A stretch of 64,000 bases of DNA from Candidatus Parachristensenella avicola (GCA_904420205.1 CAJFUN010000023.1:129409-193408), one strand, 5' to 3'. Counted from the stretch's first letter, positions 19,142 to 29,052 are shown. Translations and numbers: made by a program. The notes: generated by a model from the letters alone, not told the origin.

Positions 19142-20954
19142 GGGCCGGCTCTCCTTCCTGATAATAGCGGCTCTGCACTTCAAAGAGGCGGGCATACTCG
19201 CCGCCGCGGCGCAGAAGGGATTCATGGGTTCCTTCTTCGGCAATTATGCCGTTTTTCAAAAGAAGAATCCGGTCGCAGAATCGCGTGGAGGCCAACCGGT
19301 GGGAGATGAAAAGGCTGGTTTTGTTCCGTGAAAGCTCATGATAGCGGCTATAAATATCGCTTTCGGCCAGAGGATCCAGGGCGGCGGTGGGTTCGTCCAG
19401 CACCAGGATCGGCCCATCCTTATAGATGGCGCGGGCCAGCATAAGCCGCTGCAGCTGGCCGCCGGAAAGCTCGACGGCATCTTCATAGACCTCCTTTCCC
19501 AGGTGGGTATCGAGCCCCAAAGGCAGCTCCCGCAGCTTTCCGGCAAGCCCGGCCAAGCTGATGCATGATTCCGCCTTTGCCCGATCGTAGGTATCGCTTT
19601 GCGCTACATTTTCGCCAAGGGTAGCGGCCAGCAGGGAGAAATCCTGGAACACGGCGGAAAAGAGCTTGTAGTACTCGCGCCGGTTGTATTGGCGGATATC
19701 CTGCCCGTTCAGCAAGACGCAGCCGGACGTAGGATCCAGAAAGCCGCAGAGCAGCTTTACCAGCGTGGTTTTGCCTGCGCCGTTCAGGCCGACCAGGGCC
19801 AGCTTCTCCCCAGGGCGGATGGTCAAGGTAAGGTCATGGATCGTATCCGCGGCAGCCTCAGGATAGCGGAAGGTTACATGCGCAAGCTGGAGTTCATAGC
19901 GCTGGGCTGCAGACAGGGGCGCGCCCTCCTCGAAGGCAAAGGGCTCGGGCCAGGTGAGGCATTCCCGCAGGGCGGAAAGGTCGAGGCTGTGCCGGTGCAG
20001 CTCAGAGGCCGTGGACAGAATACCGGTAACCCAGGTGGTGAAACCGCCTATGGCGGAAAAGTAAAGCAGAAACTGGGCGGCGCTGAGGCCCTGACGCAGG
20101 GTAAGGGAGATAAGATAGGCATAGGCCACGCCGTTGCGCAGCAAGGTCAGCAGGATATCGATGACGTCGGTCCCAAGGTAGACGCGCTGGGCCCGGTGAA
20201 TAAAGTGATGATAAGCCCGCAGCGCAGCATTCCCAAGATCGTCCAGCCAGGGTTTCATACCAAAGATGCGGATATCCTTTGCAGCGCGGATATCCTGAGA
20301 AAGGCTGGCAATATGGAAAAACTGCTGCGAGCAGGCGGCCTCCTGCTCGCGGTGGCGGTATTCCCAGCCGTTGATGTGCCGGCTTGCCCCATAACCGGCT
20401 ATGGAAGAGACCAGCGTAATAAGTATGACGACTGGATCCAGCGACGCGATAAGGAGTAGATAAAGGATGAAGCCCAGAACATTCAGCGCCAGGGTTTGCA
20501 GCGTTTCCCATATGATTTCACCGGCGCTGTCATTGTTGTTCAGGGCTTTTTGCGACTTTTTTAGCAAGGCCAGAAAGGCAGGCTGCAGCGTATTGGTATA
20601 GGCCGTTTGGCAGAGCTTGCCGTTAACCTGCGATAGCAGATCGGTACGCACGGCAATTCGATCATAAATGACATTGTCGCCAATATACGCGGTAGCTGCG
20701 CTTACCAGGGTCAGCCCCAAGGTGAACAGTCCTATGGTGGCCAGAAGCTGCCCCAGGGGTACGGCCTGTTCGATCGCGAAGAGCACCTGAGGCGCAGCAA
20801 AAAGGCCCAGCAGGCTGTTGGCCAGGCCAAGGCCAATCTGGGCCAGGCACAGCCAAAGCACGCTTCTGCGCACGCGCCAAGCGGCACGCAGCATAAAGAG
20901 CACATTGGAGGCCGTGCTGAATTTGGGTTTGGATTGATCGGTTTTTCTATGCAT
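19131..20954 (-). CDS. ABC exporter, fused permease/ATPase subunit (heterodimer partner 1)
   Basis: AAGGAGGG RBS. N-terminal TM domain. GLNGAGKTT, LSGGQLQR, ILVLDEPT. Confidence 0.9.
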   Translation of the reverse strand: MHRKTDQSKPKFSTASNVLFMLRAAWRVRRSVLWLCLAQIGLGLANSLLGLFAAPQVLFAIEQAVPLGQLLATIGLFTLGLTLVSAATAYIGDNVIYDRIAVRTDLLSQVNGKLCQTAYTNTLQPAFLALLKKSQKALNNNDSAGEIIWETLQTLALNVLGFILYLLLIASLDPVVILITLVSSIAGYGASRHINGWEYRHREQEAACSQQFFHIASLSQDIRAAKDIRIFGMKPWLDDLGNAALRAYHHFIHRAQRVYLGTDVIDILLTLLRNGVAYAYLISLTLRQGLSAAQFLLYFSAIGGFTTWVTGILSTASELHRHSLDLSALRECLTWPEPFAFEEGAPLSAAQRYELQLAHVTFRYPEAAADTIHDLTLTIRPGEKLALVGLNGAGKTTLVKLLCGFLDPTSGCVLLNGQDIRQYNRREYYKLFSAVFQDFSLLAATLGENVAQSDTYDRAKAESCISLAGLAGKLRELPLGLDTHLGKEVYEDAVELSGGQLQRLMLARAIYKDGPILVLDEPTAALDPLAESDIYSRYHELSRNKTSLFISHRLASTRFCDRILLLKNGIIAEEGTHESLLRRGGEYARLFEVQSRYYQEGEPAHEA

Positions 20955-21013
20955 CGCGTTTCCCTCCTTGCTGGCTTTATCCTACCGCGGCGGAGCCGAT
21001 AGAGGATGAAGAA

Positions 21014-21043
21014 GGGGACGAACCGCATCGTATGGGGGACGAA
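21014..21043 (-). promoter_or_regulatory. LytTR-type direct repeats: TTCGTCCCC-N12-TTCGTCCCC upstream of the ABC exporter operon
   Basis: On the minus strand the 9-mer TTCGTCCCC occurs at 21043-21035 and 21022-21014, so 21 nt start-to-start with a 12-nt spacer. It lies between the kinase stop (21048) and the ABC start (20954). A -10-like TAGGAT lies about 29 nt downstream. Confidence 0.5.
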
Positions 21044-21047
21044 TCGC

Positions 21048-21707
21048 TTATTGGGGTAGCAGTACCTCTGTGGTGAAGGCGCCATCTTCACTGTTGCGGG
21101 TGATATAGCCGCCCAGACGCTCCACCGCCGCGTCCACACGCTGAAGGCCAAAGCCGTGCCCCTGCCCCTTCAGGGAAGCAAACCGGCTGCCCAGCCTGGC
21201 TTGCTTACCCGTGGCCGTCAGGTTGGTAAAGGACATGTAGAGCTGGGTGTTCTTCATCTCCATATAGATGCGGATCATCCGCGCCTCCTGGGGGAGCTTC
21301 ATGCTGGCCTCAATCGCATTATCAAAAAGATTGCCCACGATAACGCACAGGTCGACCTGGGAGGTTGTAAGTTCTACCGGGATATTGGCGTCGATAGTGA
21401 CTGGAATGTCCCGGGAAGCCGCCAGGGAAAGCTTACTGCGCAGGATCGCGTCAGCCATGCGGTTGCCGGTTTTGACTTGTACATCCACAGCGGAAAGATC
21501 AGCGTCCAGCTCGTCCAGGTAACGGCGCAGGGCAGGAAGATCGCCGTCGGCAGCATAGCTTTTCATGGTCTGGATATGGTTTCGGTAATCATGCCGCCAG
21601 CCGCGCATGCGGTGGTACATATTGGCCACCTCGGCATAATGCGTTTCCATCAGCTCGTTCTGATAGGCGGCGATGCGTTTATCGATCAATCGGTTTATCA
21701 GGCCCAT
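21048..21707 (-). CDS. sensor-less (no TM/input domain) HPK10/AgrC-type histidine kinase core, GHKL ATPase
   Basis: Frame of ORF 21048..21779. ATG 21707 lies 8 nt after the regulator stop, with GGAGG upstream. H-box WRHDYRNH, N-box VGNLFDNAIEA, G-box GHGFGLQRV. Only ~40 aa precede the H-box and there is no hydrophobic segment. Confidence 0.8.
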   Translation of the reverse strand: MGLINRLIDKRIAAYQNELMETHYAEVANMYHRMRGWRHDYRNHIQTMKSYAADGDLPALRRYLDELDADLSAVDVQVKTGNRMADAILRSKLSLAASRDIPVTIDANIPVELTTSQVDLCVIVGNLFDNAIEASMKLPQEARMIRIYMEMKNTQLYMSFTNLTATGKQARLGSRFASLKGQGHGFGLQRVDAAVERLGGYITRNSEDGAFTTEVLLPQ

Positions 21708-21715
21708 GCTGCCTC

Positions 21716-22414
21716 CTATAAATGCCGGATCATGGCTTGGTTCAGGGGATCGTACATCCCCCGGGGCAGGGGAAGGCACACACCGTTGTCCAGAAAAATA
21801 TCCGTCCGGCTCACACGCCGGATGCGTCTAAGGTTAACAAGATAGGAACGCCCAGCCCGGAAGAAGCCCTCATCCAGCTGGGCTTCCAGCTCCCGCAGCG
21901 GACGCTTGAGGGTGTAGTCCCTCCCGGCATGGATGGTAACATAGTTACGATCCGACTCCAGGTAAACGATCTCCCGCAGGGGCAGGCGTACCGCATCCCC
22001 CGGAAGCTCCAGCAGCAGAGTGCGGCCAGACTGGGCCAGATGCCGTACAGCGCGATCCAGCACGGTTTCCAAATGCGCGGAGGACAGCGGCTTCATCAGA
22101 TAGTGCAGCGCCTCCACCTCATAGCCCTGGGCGATATAGTCGCTATAGCCGGTAATAAAGACAAGCTGCCCGCAAAAGCCCCTTTCACGCAGGTCCCGGG
22201 CCAGATCTACCCCGTTCATGCCCCCCATTTCTATATCCAACAGCAGGATATCCGGCTCGCCGCCGTTGGGATGGGCGAAAAGGTATCCCTCTGCCGAGGA
22301 ATATTCCTCGCAGGAGAGATGATGACCCCGTTCAGCGGCCCAATGCTGCGCCAAGGACAGCGCATAACGGCTGGCGGCGGGATCATCGTCGCAGATGGCG
22401 ATGGTATAATGCAC
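21716..22414 (-). CDS. LytTR-family response regulator
   Basis: Receiver (IAICDDD, ILLLDIEMGGMNG, MKP) plus LytTR DNA-binding domain (IVYLESDRNYVTIH..SYLVNLRRI). GTG 22414 has GGAGG 8 nt upstream. ATG 22429 is the alternative start. Confidence 0.9.
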   Translation of the reverse strand: MHYTIAICDDDPAASRYALSLAQHWAAERGHHLSCEEYSSAEGYLFAHPNGGEPDILLLDIEMGGMNGVDLARDLRERGFCGQLVFITGYSDYIAQGYEVEALHYLMKPLSSAHLETVLDRAVRHLAQSGRTLLLELPGDAVRLPLREIVYLESDRNYVTIHAGRDYTLKRPLRELEAQLDEGFFRAGRSYLVNLRRIRRVSRTDIFLDNGVCLPLPRGMYDPLNQAMIRHL

Positions 22415-22576
22415 AGCGTATCCCTCCATGGGTAGTTATTTCATCAGTATACCATATATGAAGGGAAAAGCTTCCGGCATTAGCTGAGAAGTCTGTTAAA
22501 AAAGTCGGGCGCTTATCCCTCTGACCCGCTATAATAAAGGGGCTTCATGAAGAATAAACGGTTGCAGGAGGCATCC

Positions 22577-24067
22577 ATGGAGGATTATTCGCATGTGGTG
22601 GCGGCGGTAATCGCCTATATTGAGGCGCGGCCGGAACGGCTCGAATATGAGGAGCTGTCCCGCTCGGTAGGCCTGTCCCTCTCTCAGATACGGGCACTGT
22701 TCCGGCGCCATACAGGCCAAACGCTGGGCAGGTATGCCCTGGAGCGGCGGATGGCCAGGGCGGCCTATTGGCTGGTTCATACGGAGACGGACATCCTGCA
22801 GCTGGCGCTTCAGTGCGGCTATTCCGGACCGGATACCTTTACCCGGGCCTTTAGGCGGGTGATGGGCCAAACGCCGTCGGACTTTCGCAGACAGCGGCGC
22901 GTGGTGGGTCGGGAGCGGCTGTATAACGGCATATATGGCGTATCGGACAGGATGAAAGGAAGGGAAAACATGAACCAACCGCTCAACGGAGGCATGATTC
23001 TGTATGGCGTTACAAAGGTGGGCTATGGGGTCTATGGTAGCTGCACACCCTACTCCATCTGCTTGAAATCGGTAGCCAACTACCTGGGAGAGGATGTGGA
23101 GCTTCATGATATCATGGTCGGCTGTGGAGCGGCCTTCCGGCTGACATGGAACGTAACCGCCTGGGATGGGGGCAATGTGGATATCTGCTATACCTATGAC
23201 GACTATGACAAGGTATACCGGCTGGGTGTCGAGAGCCTGGGGCGGGCCTATAAAACGCTGGGGCGGGGGCCGAATACCCCCAAGGAGGCCTTTGTCCGGT
23301 TCATCCGGGAGCAGATCGACCAGGGGCGCCCTGTGATCGCCACCGGGATCATTGGGCCGCCGGAGGCCTGCATTGTGACAGGCTACCAGGACGAGGGAGA
23401 GACCCTGCTGGGGTGGAACTTTTTCCAGGACAGTGTGATGTATGGCGGGCTGCCGGCCAGAACCGATGAATCCGGATACTTCATCAGCCATGACTGGTGG
23501 GAGAACACCGATACCCAGGCTTTGATTGGGGTGGGTGAAAAAACCGGGCCGCGCCGCGGGATGATGGATATTTTATCCGGCGCGGCCGAGGTCATGACCG
23601 GACGGCGCAAGGATCAGTTTGCCAAGGGGCTATGGGCCTATGATGCATGGAAGGCGGCCTTGGCCAATGACCGTGACTTTCCGGATAATCTACCCCTGCT
23701 GTCAGAAAGGATGATGTGCCAGGGAGATGCCATGGATTGCCTGGCCGACGGGCGCTTCTGCGCGGCCCGTTTCTTTCGCGCCCTGGCTGCAAAGATGCCG
23801 GAGCAGCCGCTGTACCGGCGCATTGCCGGGGATTTTGAGCGGGTAACCGGGCAGGTGGAGCAAATGGCAGCGCTTCTTGGCGGATGGGGCCGGGGCGAGG
23901 TGCAGATGCGGGAGCTGGCCAGGCGGGAAACGCGGCGCGCCCTATGCCGGCTGATCGATGGCTGCAGGCAGGCGGACGAAGCCGCGCTGGAGGGGATCAA
24001 GCTCCTTGTGAAGCAAATGGAGACGGCTGCCTACCCCGCGGAAAGGGGCGAAAAGGATGGAGAGTGA
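22577..24067 (+). CDS. AraC-family regulator with N-terminal HTH pair fused to ~370-aa uncharacterised C-terminal domain
   Basis: GGAGG 6 nt before ATG 22577, and TATAAT at 22531-22536. AraC HTH signature (..LSRSVGLSLSQIRALFRR..LALQCGYSGPDTFTRAFRRVMGQTPSDFRR). The C-terminal domain has a Cys..G.G..F pattern (GSCTPYSICLKSVANYLG..VGCGAAFRLTW) that I cannot assign with confidence. Confidence 0.8.
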   Translation: MEDYSHVVAAVIAYIEARPERLEYEELSRSVGLSLSQIRALFRRHTGQTLGRYALERRMARAAYWLVHTETDILQLALQCGYSGPDTFTRAFRRVMGQTPSDFRRQRRVVGRERLYNGIYGVSDRMKGRENMNQPLNGGMILYGVTKVGYGVYGSCTPYSICLKSVANYLGEDVELHDIMVGCGAAFRLTWNVTAWDGGNVDICYTYDDYDKVYRLGVESLGRAYKTLGRGPNTPKEAFVRFIREQIDQGRPVIATGIIGPPEACIVTGYQDEGETLLGWNFFQDSVMYGGLPARTDESGYFISHDWWENTDTQALIGVGEKTGPRRGMMDILSGAAEVMTGRRKDQFAKGLWAYDAWKAALANDRDFPDNLPLLSERMMCQGDAMDCLADGRFCAARFFRALAAKMPEQPLYRRIAGDFERVTGQVEQMAALLGGWGRGEVQMRELARRETRRALCRLIDGCRQADEAALEGIKLLVKQMETAAYPAERGEKDGE

Positions 24068-24794
24068 AGCTTTCAGGCGTCAATTGGCTAACCTGGGCAT
24101 CGAAAGGGGCGATACCGTGCTTGTGCATGCCTCCATGCGGGCGTTGGGCACAGCCCGCAGGCCGGAGGCAGTGCTGGAGGATCTGCAGGCGGCTGTGGGC
24201 CCGGCGGGCACGCTGCTGCTGCCGGCATTGACCTATGATGAGGTAACGCCTGAGCATCCGGTTTTTGACTCGGAGAAAACCGAACCCTGCGTCGGGCTTC
24301 TTCCCAGGACGTTCTGGAGGATGCCGGGCGTGGTGCGCAGCGAAAATCCCACCCATTCAGTATGCGCCTGGGGTAGGCTGGCTCACCGGCTTACCGTGGG
24401 GCATGCCATGGATGACACGGCTGTTGGCCCTCATTCGCCCTTCATGCTGCTCCCGCTTTACCAGGGTAAGCTATTATTTATTGGGGATATTCTGCACGCC
24501 TGTACCTTTATGCATGGCATAGAGGAGATTGTCCGGCCTCCCTATATCACAAGGGTGAGACAAACCTATCGGGTCAATGGGCGCCTGCGTAGCTATGAGG
24601 CCTGCGAGGCATATGGTTGGGGCAGCGAATTCCAGCGGGTCGAGACACTGCTGGAAGCACCCGATCTGAAAAAGGGACGGCTGGGCGCTGCCAATGCCTA
24701 TCTTTTGGATACAAGGGCCTTGCTGGCCGCTGCGCTAAGCGCCATGCGCGCTGAGCCCTACCGGTTTGTGACCGATATTTCATCCTATATATGA
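24057..24794 (+). CDS. aminoglycoside N3-acetyltransferase family protein (AAC(3)/YokD-like)
   Basis: Family pattern LANLGIERGDTVLVHASMRALG..GTLLLPALTY..NPTHSV. The start overlaps the AraC-fusion stop by 11 nt. Confidence 0.8.
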   Translation: MESEAFRRQLANLGIERGDTVLVHASMRALGTARRPEAVLEDLQAAVGPAGTLLLPALTYDEVTPEHPVFDSEKTEPCVGLLPRTFWRMPGVVRSENPTHSVCAWGRLAHRLTVGHAMDDTAVGPHSPFMLLPLYQGKLLFIGDILHACTFMHGIEEIVRPPYITRVRQTYRVNGRLRSYEACEAYGWGSEFQRVETLLEAPDLKKGRLGAANAYLLDTRALLAAALSAMRAEPYRFVTDISSYI

Positions 24795-24811
24795 AGCGAA
24801 GCATATGATAT

Positions 24812-24843
24812 AGCCCGCCTTTCCAGAAGGAAAGGCGGGCTTT
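24812..24843. terminator. bidirectional intrinsic terminator between AAC(3)-like gene and rho
   Basis: 13-bp stem AGCCCGCCTTTCC/GGAAAGGCGGGCT with loop AGAA, followed by TTT. Confidence 0.65.
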
Positions 24844-24859
24844 GTGCCTACCGGCCGGA

Positions 24860-26215
24860 CTAACGCCCGTGGCCTCCGGCCTCCAGACGGGCCATCCAGG
24901 TATCAAATCGGGCGATAAACTCGGCATTGCTCCGGGTGTGGCTTAGAAGCTCCAGCAAAAGCTCCGTAGCGTCGTCGGGATTTTGGGAGAGCAGCTTGCG
25001 CAGGCGGCCGCTGACAGAGAGCGCTTCGGGGGAAAGCAGATCTTCTTCCCTGCGGGTGCCGGAGCGGTACAGGTTCAGGGCGGGAAAAATCCGCTTCTCC
25101 TGCAGGCGGCGGTCCAGATGCAGCTCCATATTGCCCGTACCTTTGAATTCCTCATAGATGATGTCATCCATCCGGCTGCCGGTATCGATCAGGGCGGTGG
25201 CCAGTACGGTAAGGCTTCCGCCCTCCTCCACCTGGCGGGCTGCCCCGAAAAGCTTTTTGGGCAGGGCGATGGCGGCGGGATCCAAACCGCCGGAGAGCAG
25301 CCGCCCGGAGGAGGGAACCGACAGATTATTAGCCCGGGCCAGGCGCGTCAGCGAATCCACAAGCAGCATAACATCCCGTCCGCATTCCACCTGACGTTTC
25401 GCCTTTTCCAGCGTTTCCTCAGCCAGCTGGCGGTGGCGCTGGGGTGGATCGTCAAAGGTGGAGAAGAATACCTGCCCCCGGACGGATCGCTTCAGGTCGG
25501 TGACCTCTTCGGGGCGCTCGTCCAATAGAAGCACATACAGGATCATCTCCGGGTAGCTTTCCGCTACTGAAGCGGCGATTTTTTTAATAAGCGTGGTTTT
25601 GCCGGCCTTAGGGGGAGAGACGATCAGCCCGCGCTGGCCCTTGCCGATGGGCGCCATCAGATCGATGAGGCGCAGGGCCAGATCGCCTTGGATCCCACCG
25701 CCTTCCAGGGCCAACCGCTGACGGGGATAGATGGGAGTCAGCTCGTCAAAGTGCTTGCGGCGGGCAGCCTGCTCCGGAAGCAGCCCGTTGATGGACTCGA
25801 TATAGAGCATGGCCAGGTATCGCTCGCCTTCCCGCAGCGGACGGGTGACGCCGGCGACAAGATCACCCTCGCGGAGCGAAAAGCGCCGGATTTGGGCGAT
25901 AGAGACGTATACGTCCTTCTGACCATCGTCCAGGGCGCGGAGAAAGCCGTATCCGTCCCGCTGCACCTCCAGCACGCCGCGGGCCTTGCCACAGCCGCCG
26001 GATTTAATCAGTTCCGGTACCGCCGGGTTGACGCCAGCGGACGAAAGCGGCGCGATGGGCTCCGCAGCCTCGGTATCGGTCCGGCCCGGCAGCGTCCGGG
26101 CCAATAGGTCTACAATCTCGCGCTTTCGCAGGCCGGCGGCGAGGCTGATCTTATGATTCTTGGCAAGCTGGCGCAGCTGCGGCAGCCGCAGGGCAGAAAG
26201 TGTTTCTTTTTCCAT
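24860..26215 (-). CDS. rho: transcription termination factor Rho
   Basis: Rho_N-like [20 protein letters not shown]-binding [14 protein letters not shown]. Walker [19 protein letters not shown]. Confidence 0.95.
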   Translation of the reverse strand: MEKETLSALRLPQLRQLAKNHKISLAAGLRKREIVDLLARTLPGRTDTEAAEPIAPLSSAGVNPAVPELIKSGGCGKARGVLEVQRDGYGFLRALDDGQKDVYVSIAQIRRFSLREGDLVAGVTRPLREGERYLAMLYIESINGLLPEQAARRKHFDELTPIYPRQRLALEGGGIQGDLALRLIDLMAPIGKGQRGLIVSPPKAGKTTLIKKIAASVAESYPEMILYVLLLDERPEEVTDLKRSVRGQVFFSTFDDPPQRHRQLAEETLEKAKRQVECGRDVMLLVDSLTRLARANNLSVPSSGRLLSGGLDPAAIALPKKLFGAARQVEEGGSLTVLATALIDTGSRMDDIIYEEFKGTGNMELHLDRRLQEKRIFPALNLYRSGTRREEDLLSPEALSVSGRLRKLLSQNPDDATELLLELLSHTRSNAEFIARFDTWMARLEAGGHGR

Positions 26216-26442
26216 GAAATGACTCCTTATTAAGATGAAAATGGCATAAGCTCATATCGGGTTCAGTATGGTCAGTGTAAGCCGGAATCATACGCCGGTC
26301 AATGGAATCGTCAAAGGTAGTGCTTTTTCCTGCTGATTCGTGTATCAAGCGCTGAATACGACTTTTATTTTGCTTTCATGACGAAATATGATATACTTAA
26401 GTGACTTGCTATGGTATAAAGGCACAGAGAAAGGAGCAAGCG

Positions 26443-27366
26443 ATGGGCGATGCGGTTTCCGGCCCCACGCTGGGACAGCGGGTCAAAAAGCTTTTGATTC
26501 AGCGACCCCAGGGCATCAACGTGCCCAAAATGGCCTGGATCCTATGGGCAGTCAATATTACGCAGATGGCTGTGCTGGCGCTTTTGCTCATTATGCTGGT
26601 AACCGGCCATGAGAATCTGCCGGACTGGGCGTTGGTCTTTATTTGCCTGACGGTAGCGATGAGCAACGTGATTATGACGCGTTCAGGCCGCACGGTGGCC
26701 GGATACAAGCAGCAGGTGGAGGAGATGGACGAGCTCATCCACAATCAGGACGATCTCAACCGCCAGCTGCGTATGCAGCGGCATGATTTTATCAATCATC
26801 TGCAGGTCATCTATGCACTTCTGCAGATGGATGAGAGCGATCAGGCCATGGAATACATGGATAAGGTATACAAAGACCTGCAGCGGGTAGGCTCGCTGCT
26901 GAAAACCAAAAGCTCGGCGGTGAACGGGTTGCTGGCGGCCAAAAGCGTCCAGGGCGAGAAGCGGGGCATACGCATGGCCTTTGACATTACGACGGGGCTG
27001 GGCGATTTGCCGCTGGAGGACTGGGAGCTATGCCGCGTCCTATCCAACCTGATCGACAATGCAATGGATGCGGCTGAATCGTCGCAGGATGCAGCGGTGG
27101 AGCTGAAGCTTTGGGAGGATATCCAGGGGCTGCGCTTTCGGGTGACGAACCGGGGCCCCATGATTCCCGTGGAGATGCGGGAGCGCATTTTCCTACCGGG
27201 CGTTACCACCAAGGGAGACCGGGGGACGGGTATGGGTCTGCATATTGTGGACAGCATCCTCCGGGAACACGGCGGGGCGATTGAGCTGCATAGCGACGAG
27301 ACGGAAACAAGCTTTGAGGGACGCATTCCGCTGCAGCCTCACCCGGTACAGAAGGGCGACAATTAA
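26443..27366 (+). CDS. membrane sensor histidine kinase (SpoOB-type/HPK10-like H-domain, GHKL ATPase)
   Basis: AAAGGAG 7 nt before ATG 26443. Two TM helices. H-box QRHDFINHLQVI, N-box LSNLIDNAMDA, G-box GTGMGLHIV. Confidence 0.85.
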   Translation: MGDAVSGPTLGQRVKKLLIQRPQGINVPKMAWILWAVNITQMAVLALLLIMLVTGHENLPDWALVFICLTVAMSNVIMTRSGRTVAGYKQQVEEMDELIHNQDDLNRQLRMQRHDFINHLQVIYALLQMDESDQAMEYMDKVYKDLQRVGSLLKTKSSAVNGLLAAKSVQGEKRGIRMAFDITTGLGDLPLEDWELCRVLSNLIDNAMDAAESSQDAAVELKLWEDIQGLRFRVTNRGPMIPVEMRERIFLPGVTTKGDRGTGMGLHIVDSILREHGGAIELHSDETETSFEGRIPLQPHPVQKGDN

Positions 27367-27457
27367 GCCTCCGCCCTGTATGGATCAGGCAGAAAACCGA
27401 CATCATGGGCGTGGGGCGTGCTATACTACAATAAGTAGAATGAAAGAGGTGGGAGAT

Positions 27458-27961
27458 ATGTCTGCTATGCAATTTCTGCTTTATATGGGGTGGCCGGCGA
27501 TTACCTGCCTGGTACTGGGACTGGGGCTGATGATTTATGAGATGTTTACGCCAGGGTTCGCCGTGCCTGGGATTACAGGGCTTATTCTGCTGGCGCTGTC
27601 GGTCGTCTTAACGGCCCGTTCCCTTTCACAGGCGCTGATTATGATCGTGCTGATCCTGATTGTGTTGTCTCTGGTATTCGTAATTGCGCTGCGCTCCGTG
27701 ACAAGCGGGCGGCTTTCGCGCTCGCCCCTGGTGCTGAAGGAAAGGGCGACCAAGGAGGACGGCTATCTTTCCACCCAAGATATGAACTATTTTGTGGGGC
27801 GCCACGGCATTGCGACAACGGTGCTTCGCCCGGCGGGCACAGCGGATTTTGAAGGCGTCAAGCTGGATGTGGTGACAGAGGGCGAATTTATTGAAAAAGG
27901 CCAACCGCTGGAAGTTATTCGGGTAGAGGGCCGCAGAATTGTGGTAAGGGCCGAATCGTAG
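27458..27961 (+). CDS. nfeD: NfeD-family membrane protein (YqeZ-like partner of flotillin)
   Basis: In-frame ATG 27458 with RBS GGTGGGAG, and a TGCTATACT extended -10 upstream. TM helices followed by an OB-like C-terminus ([47 protein letters not shown]). Confidence 0.8.
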   Translation: MSAMQFLLYMGWPAITCLVLGLGLMIYEMFTPGFAVPGITGLILLALSVVLTARSLSQALIMIVLILIVLSLVFVIALRSVTSGRLSRSPLVLKERATKEDGYLSTQDMNYFVGRHGIATTVLRPAGTADFEGVKLDVVTEGEFIEKGQPLEVIRVEGRRIVVRAES

Positions 27962-27998
27962 GCCTTTTCCAAGGATAGAAGCGAAGGAGGATTTTTTT

Positions 27999-29021
27999 AT
28001 GATCAACCCCATGCTGCTGGCGATGGATGCGGGCGTCGCGTCCATTGTCGGACCGATCATCGTCATTGTACTCATTATTATCTTCCTGGCGGTTTTGTTC
28101 AGCTTTGTGCCGATGAAGCTATGGATCGAGGCCATGGCCTCGGGCGTTCACGTCGGTATCGGCCAGCTGATCGGTATGCGGCTGCGGGGCATTGCTCCGG
28201 TTCGGATTATTTACCCGATGATTAAGGCGGTTAAAGCGGGCCTAACCGTGCAGCTGCCCCGGCTGGAAACCCATTACATGGCTGGCGGCAATGTGGATCG
28301 GGTGGTGAACGCGCTGATTGCTTCGCAAGGCGCGGGGATTGACCTGGGCTTTGAGCGTGCCTGCGCCATTGACCTGGCCGGCCGCAACGTGCTGGAGGCG
28401 GTGCAGATGTCCGTCAGCCCCAAGGTTATTGAAACGCCGGTCGTCGCTGCCATTGCCAAGGATGGCATTGAGCTTCGGGCCAAGGCGCGGGTCACCGTGC
28501 GAGCCAACATCGACCGGCTGGTCGGCGGCGCCGGAGAGGAAACCATCATCGCGCGCGTGGGCGAAGGTATCGTTACTACCGTGGGCTCGTCGGACACCCA
28601 CAAGCAGGTACTGGAGAACCCGGATCTTATTTCCCGCACGGTTTTGAACAAGGGCCTGGATGCGGGGACGGCTTTTGAGATCCTCTCCATTGACATTGCC
28701 GACGTGGATGTAGGCCGGAACATCGGCGCGCAGCTGCAGATGGATCAGGCGGAGGCCGATCGGCGCATCGCCCAGGCCAAGGCCGAGGAGCGCCGGGCGA
28801 TGGCTGTGGCTCAGGAACAGGAAATGGTTGCGCTGGAGCAGGAAATGCGGGCTCGCGTGGTCGAAGCAGAGGCCGAGGTGCCGCGGGCCATGGCCCAAGC
28901 CCTGCGCGAAGGCAAGCTCGGGGTGATGGATTACTACAACATGCAGAACTTGCAGGCTGATACCACCATGCGCAACTCGATTTCCGATATGGGCAATCCC
29001 GCGCCGCAGGATCATAAATAG
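27999..29021 (+). CDS. floA: flotillin-like protein FloA (UPF0365/YqfA, SPFH domain)
   Basis: Characteristic N-terminus ..[31 protein letters not shown].. and an SPFH/coiled-coil C-terminus ([27 protein letters not shown]). GAAGGAGG RBS. Confidence 0.9.
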   Translation: MINPMLLAMDAGVASIVGPIIVIVLIIIFLAVLFSFVPMKLWIEAMASGVHVGIGQLIGMRLRGIAPVRIIYPMIKAVKAGLTVQLPRLETHYMAGGNVDRVVNALIASQGAGIDLGFERACAIDLAGRNVLEAVQMSVSPKVIETPVVAAIAKDGIELRAKARVTVRANIDRLVGGAGEETIIARVGEGIVTTVGSSDTHKQVLENPDLISRTVLNKGLDAGTAFEILSIDIADVDVGRNIGAQLQMDQAEADRRIAQAKAEERRAMAVAQEQEMVALEQEMRARVVEAEAEVPRAMAQALREGKLGVMDYYNMQNLQADTTMRNSISDMGNPAPQDHK

Positions 29022-29052
29022 ATGACCGGCCGCGGGAAAGGGAGGTAACGCA

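Noticed and set aside
21722-22435. 237-aa plus-strand ORF almost exactly coextensive with the LytTR regulator gene, which could look like an overlapping gene pair
   Set aside because: The minus-strand product has complete receiver and LytTR motifs. The plus-strand product has none and no RBS. Mirror ORFs of this kind are expected at this GC content. The same applies to 22529..23491(-), 28242..29129(-), 43472..44389(+), 19599..20459(+), 42626..43207(+) and 54639..55244(-).
26216-26442. Short repeated motifs (TCAGTATGG/TCAGTGTAAG; GTCAATGG/GTCAAAGG) in the rho / kinase divergent region as LytTR sites
   Set aside because: The spacings are 10 and 12 nt start-to-start, not the ~21 nt expected for LytTR sites. 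The repeats are short and imperfect and could be chance.
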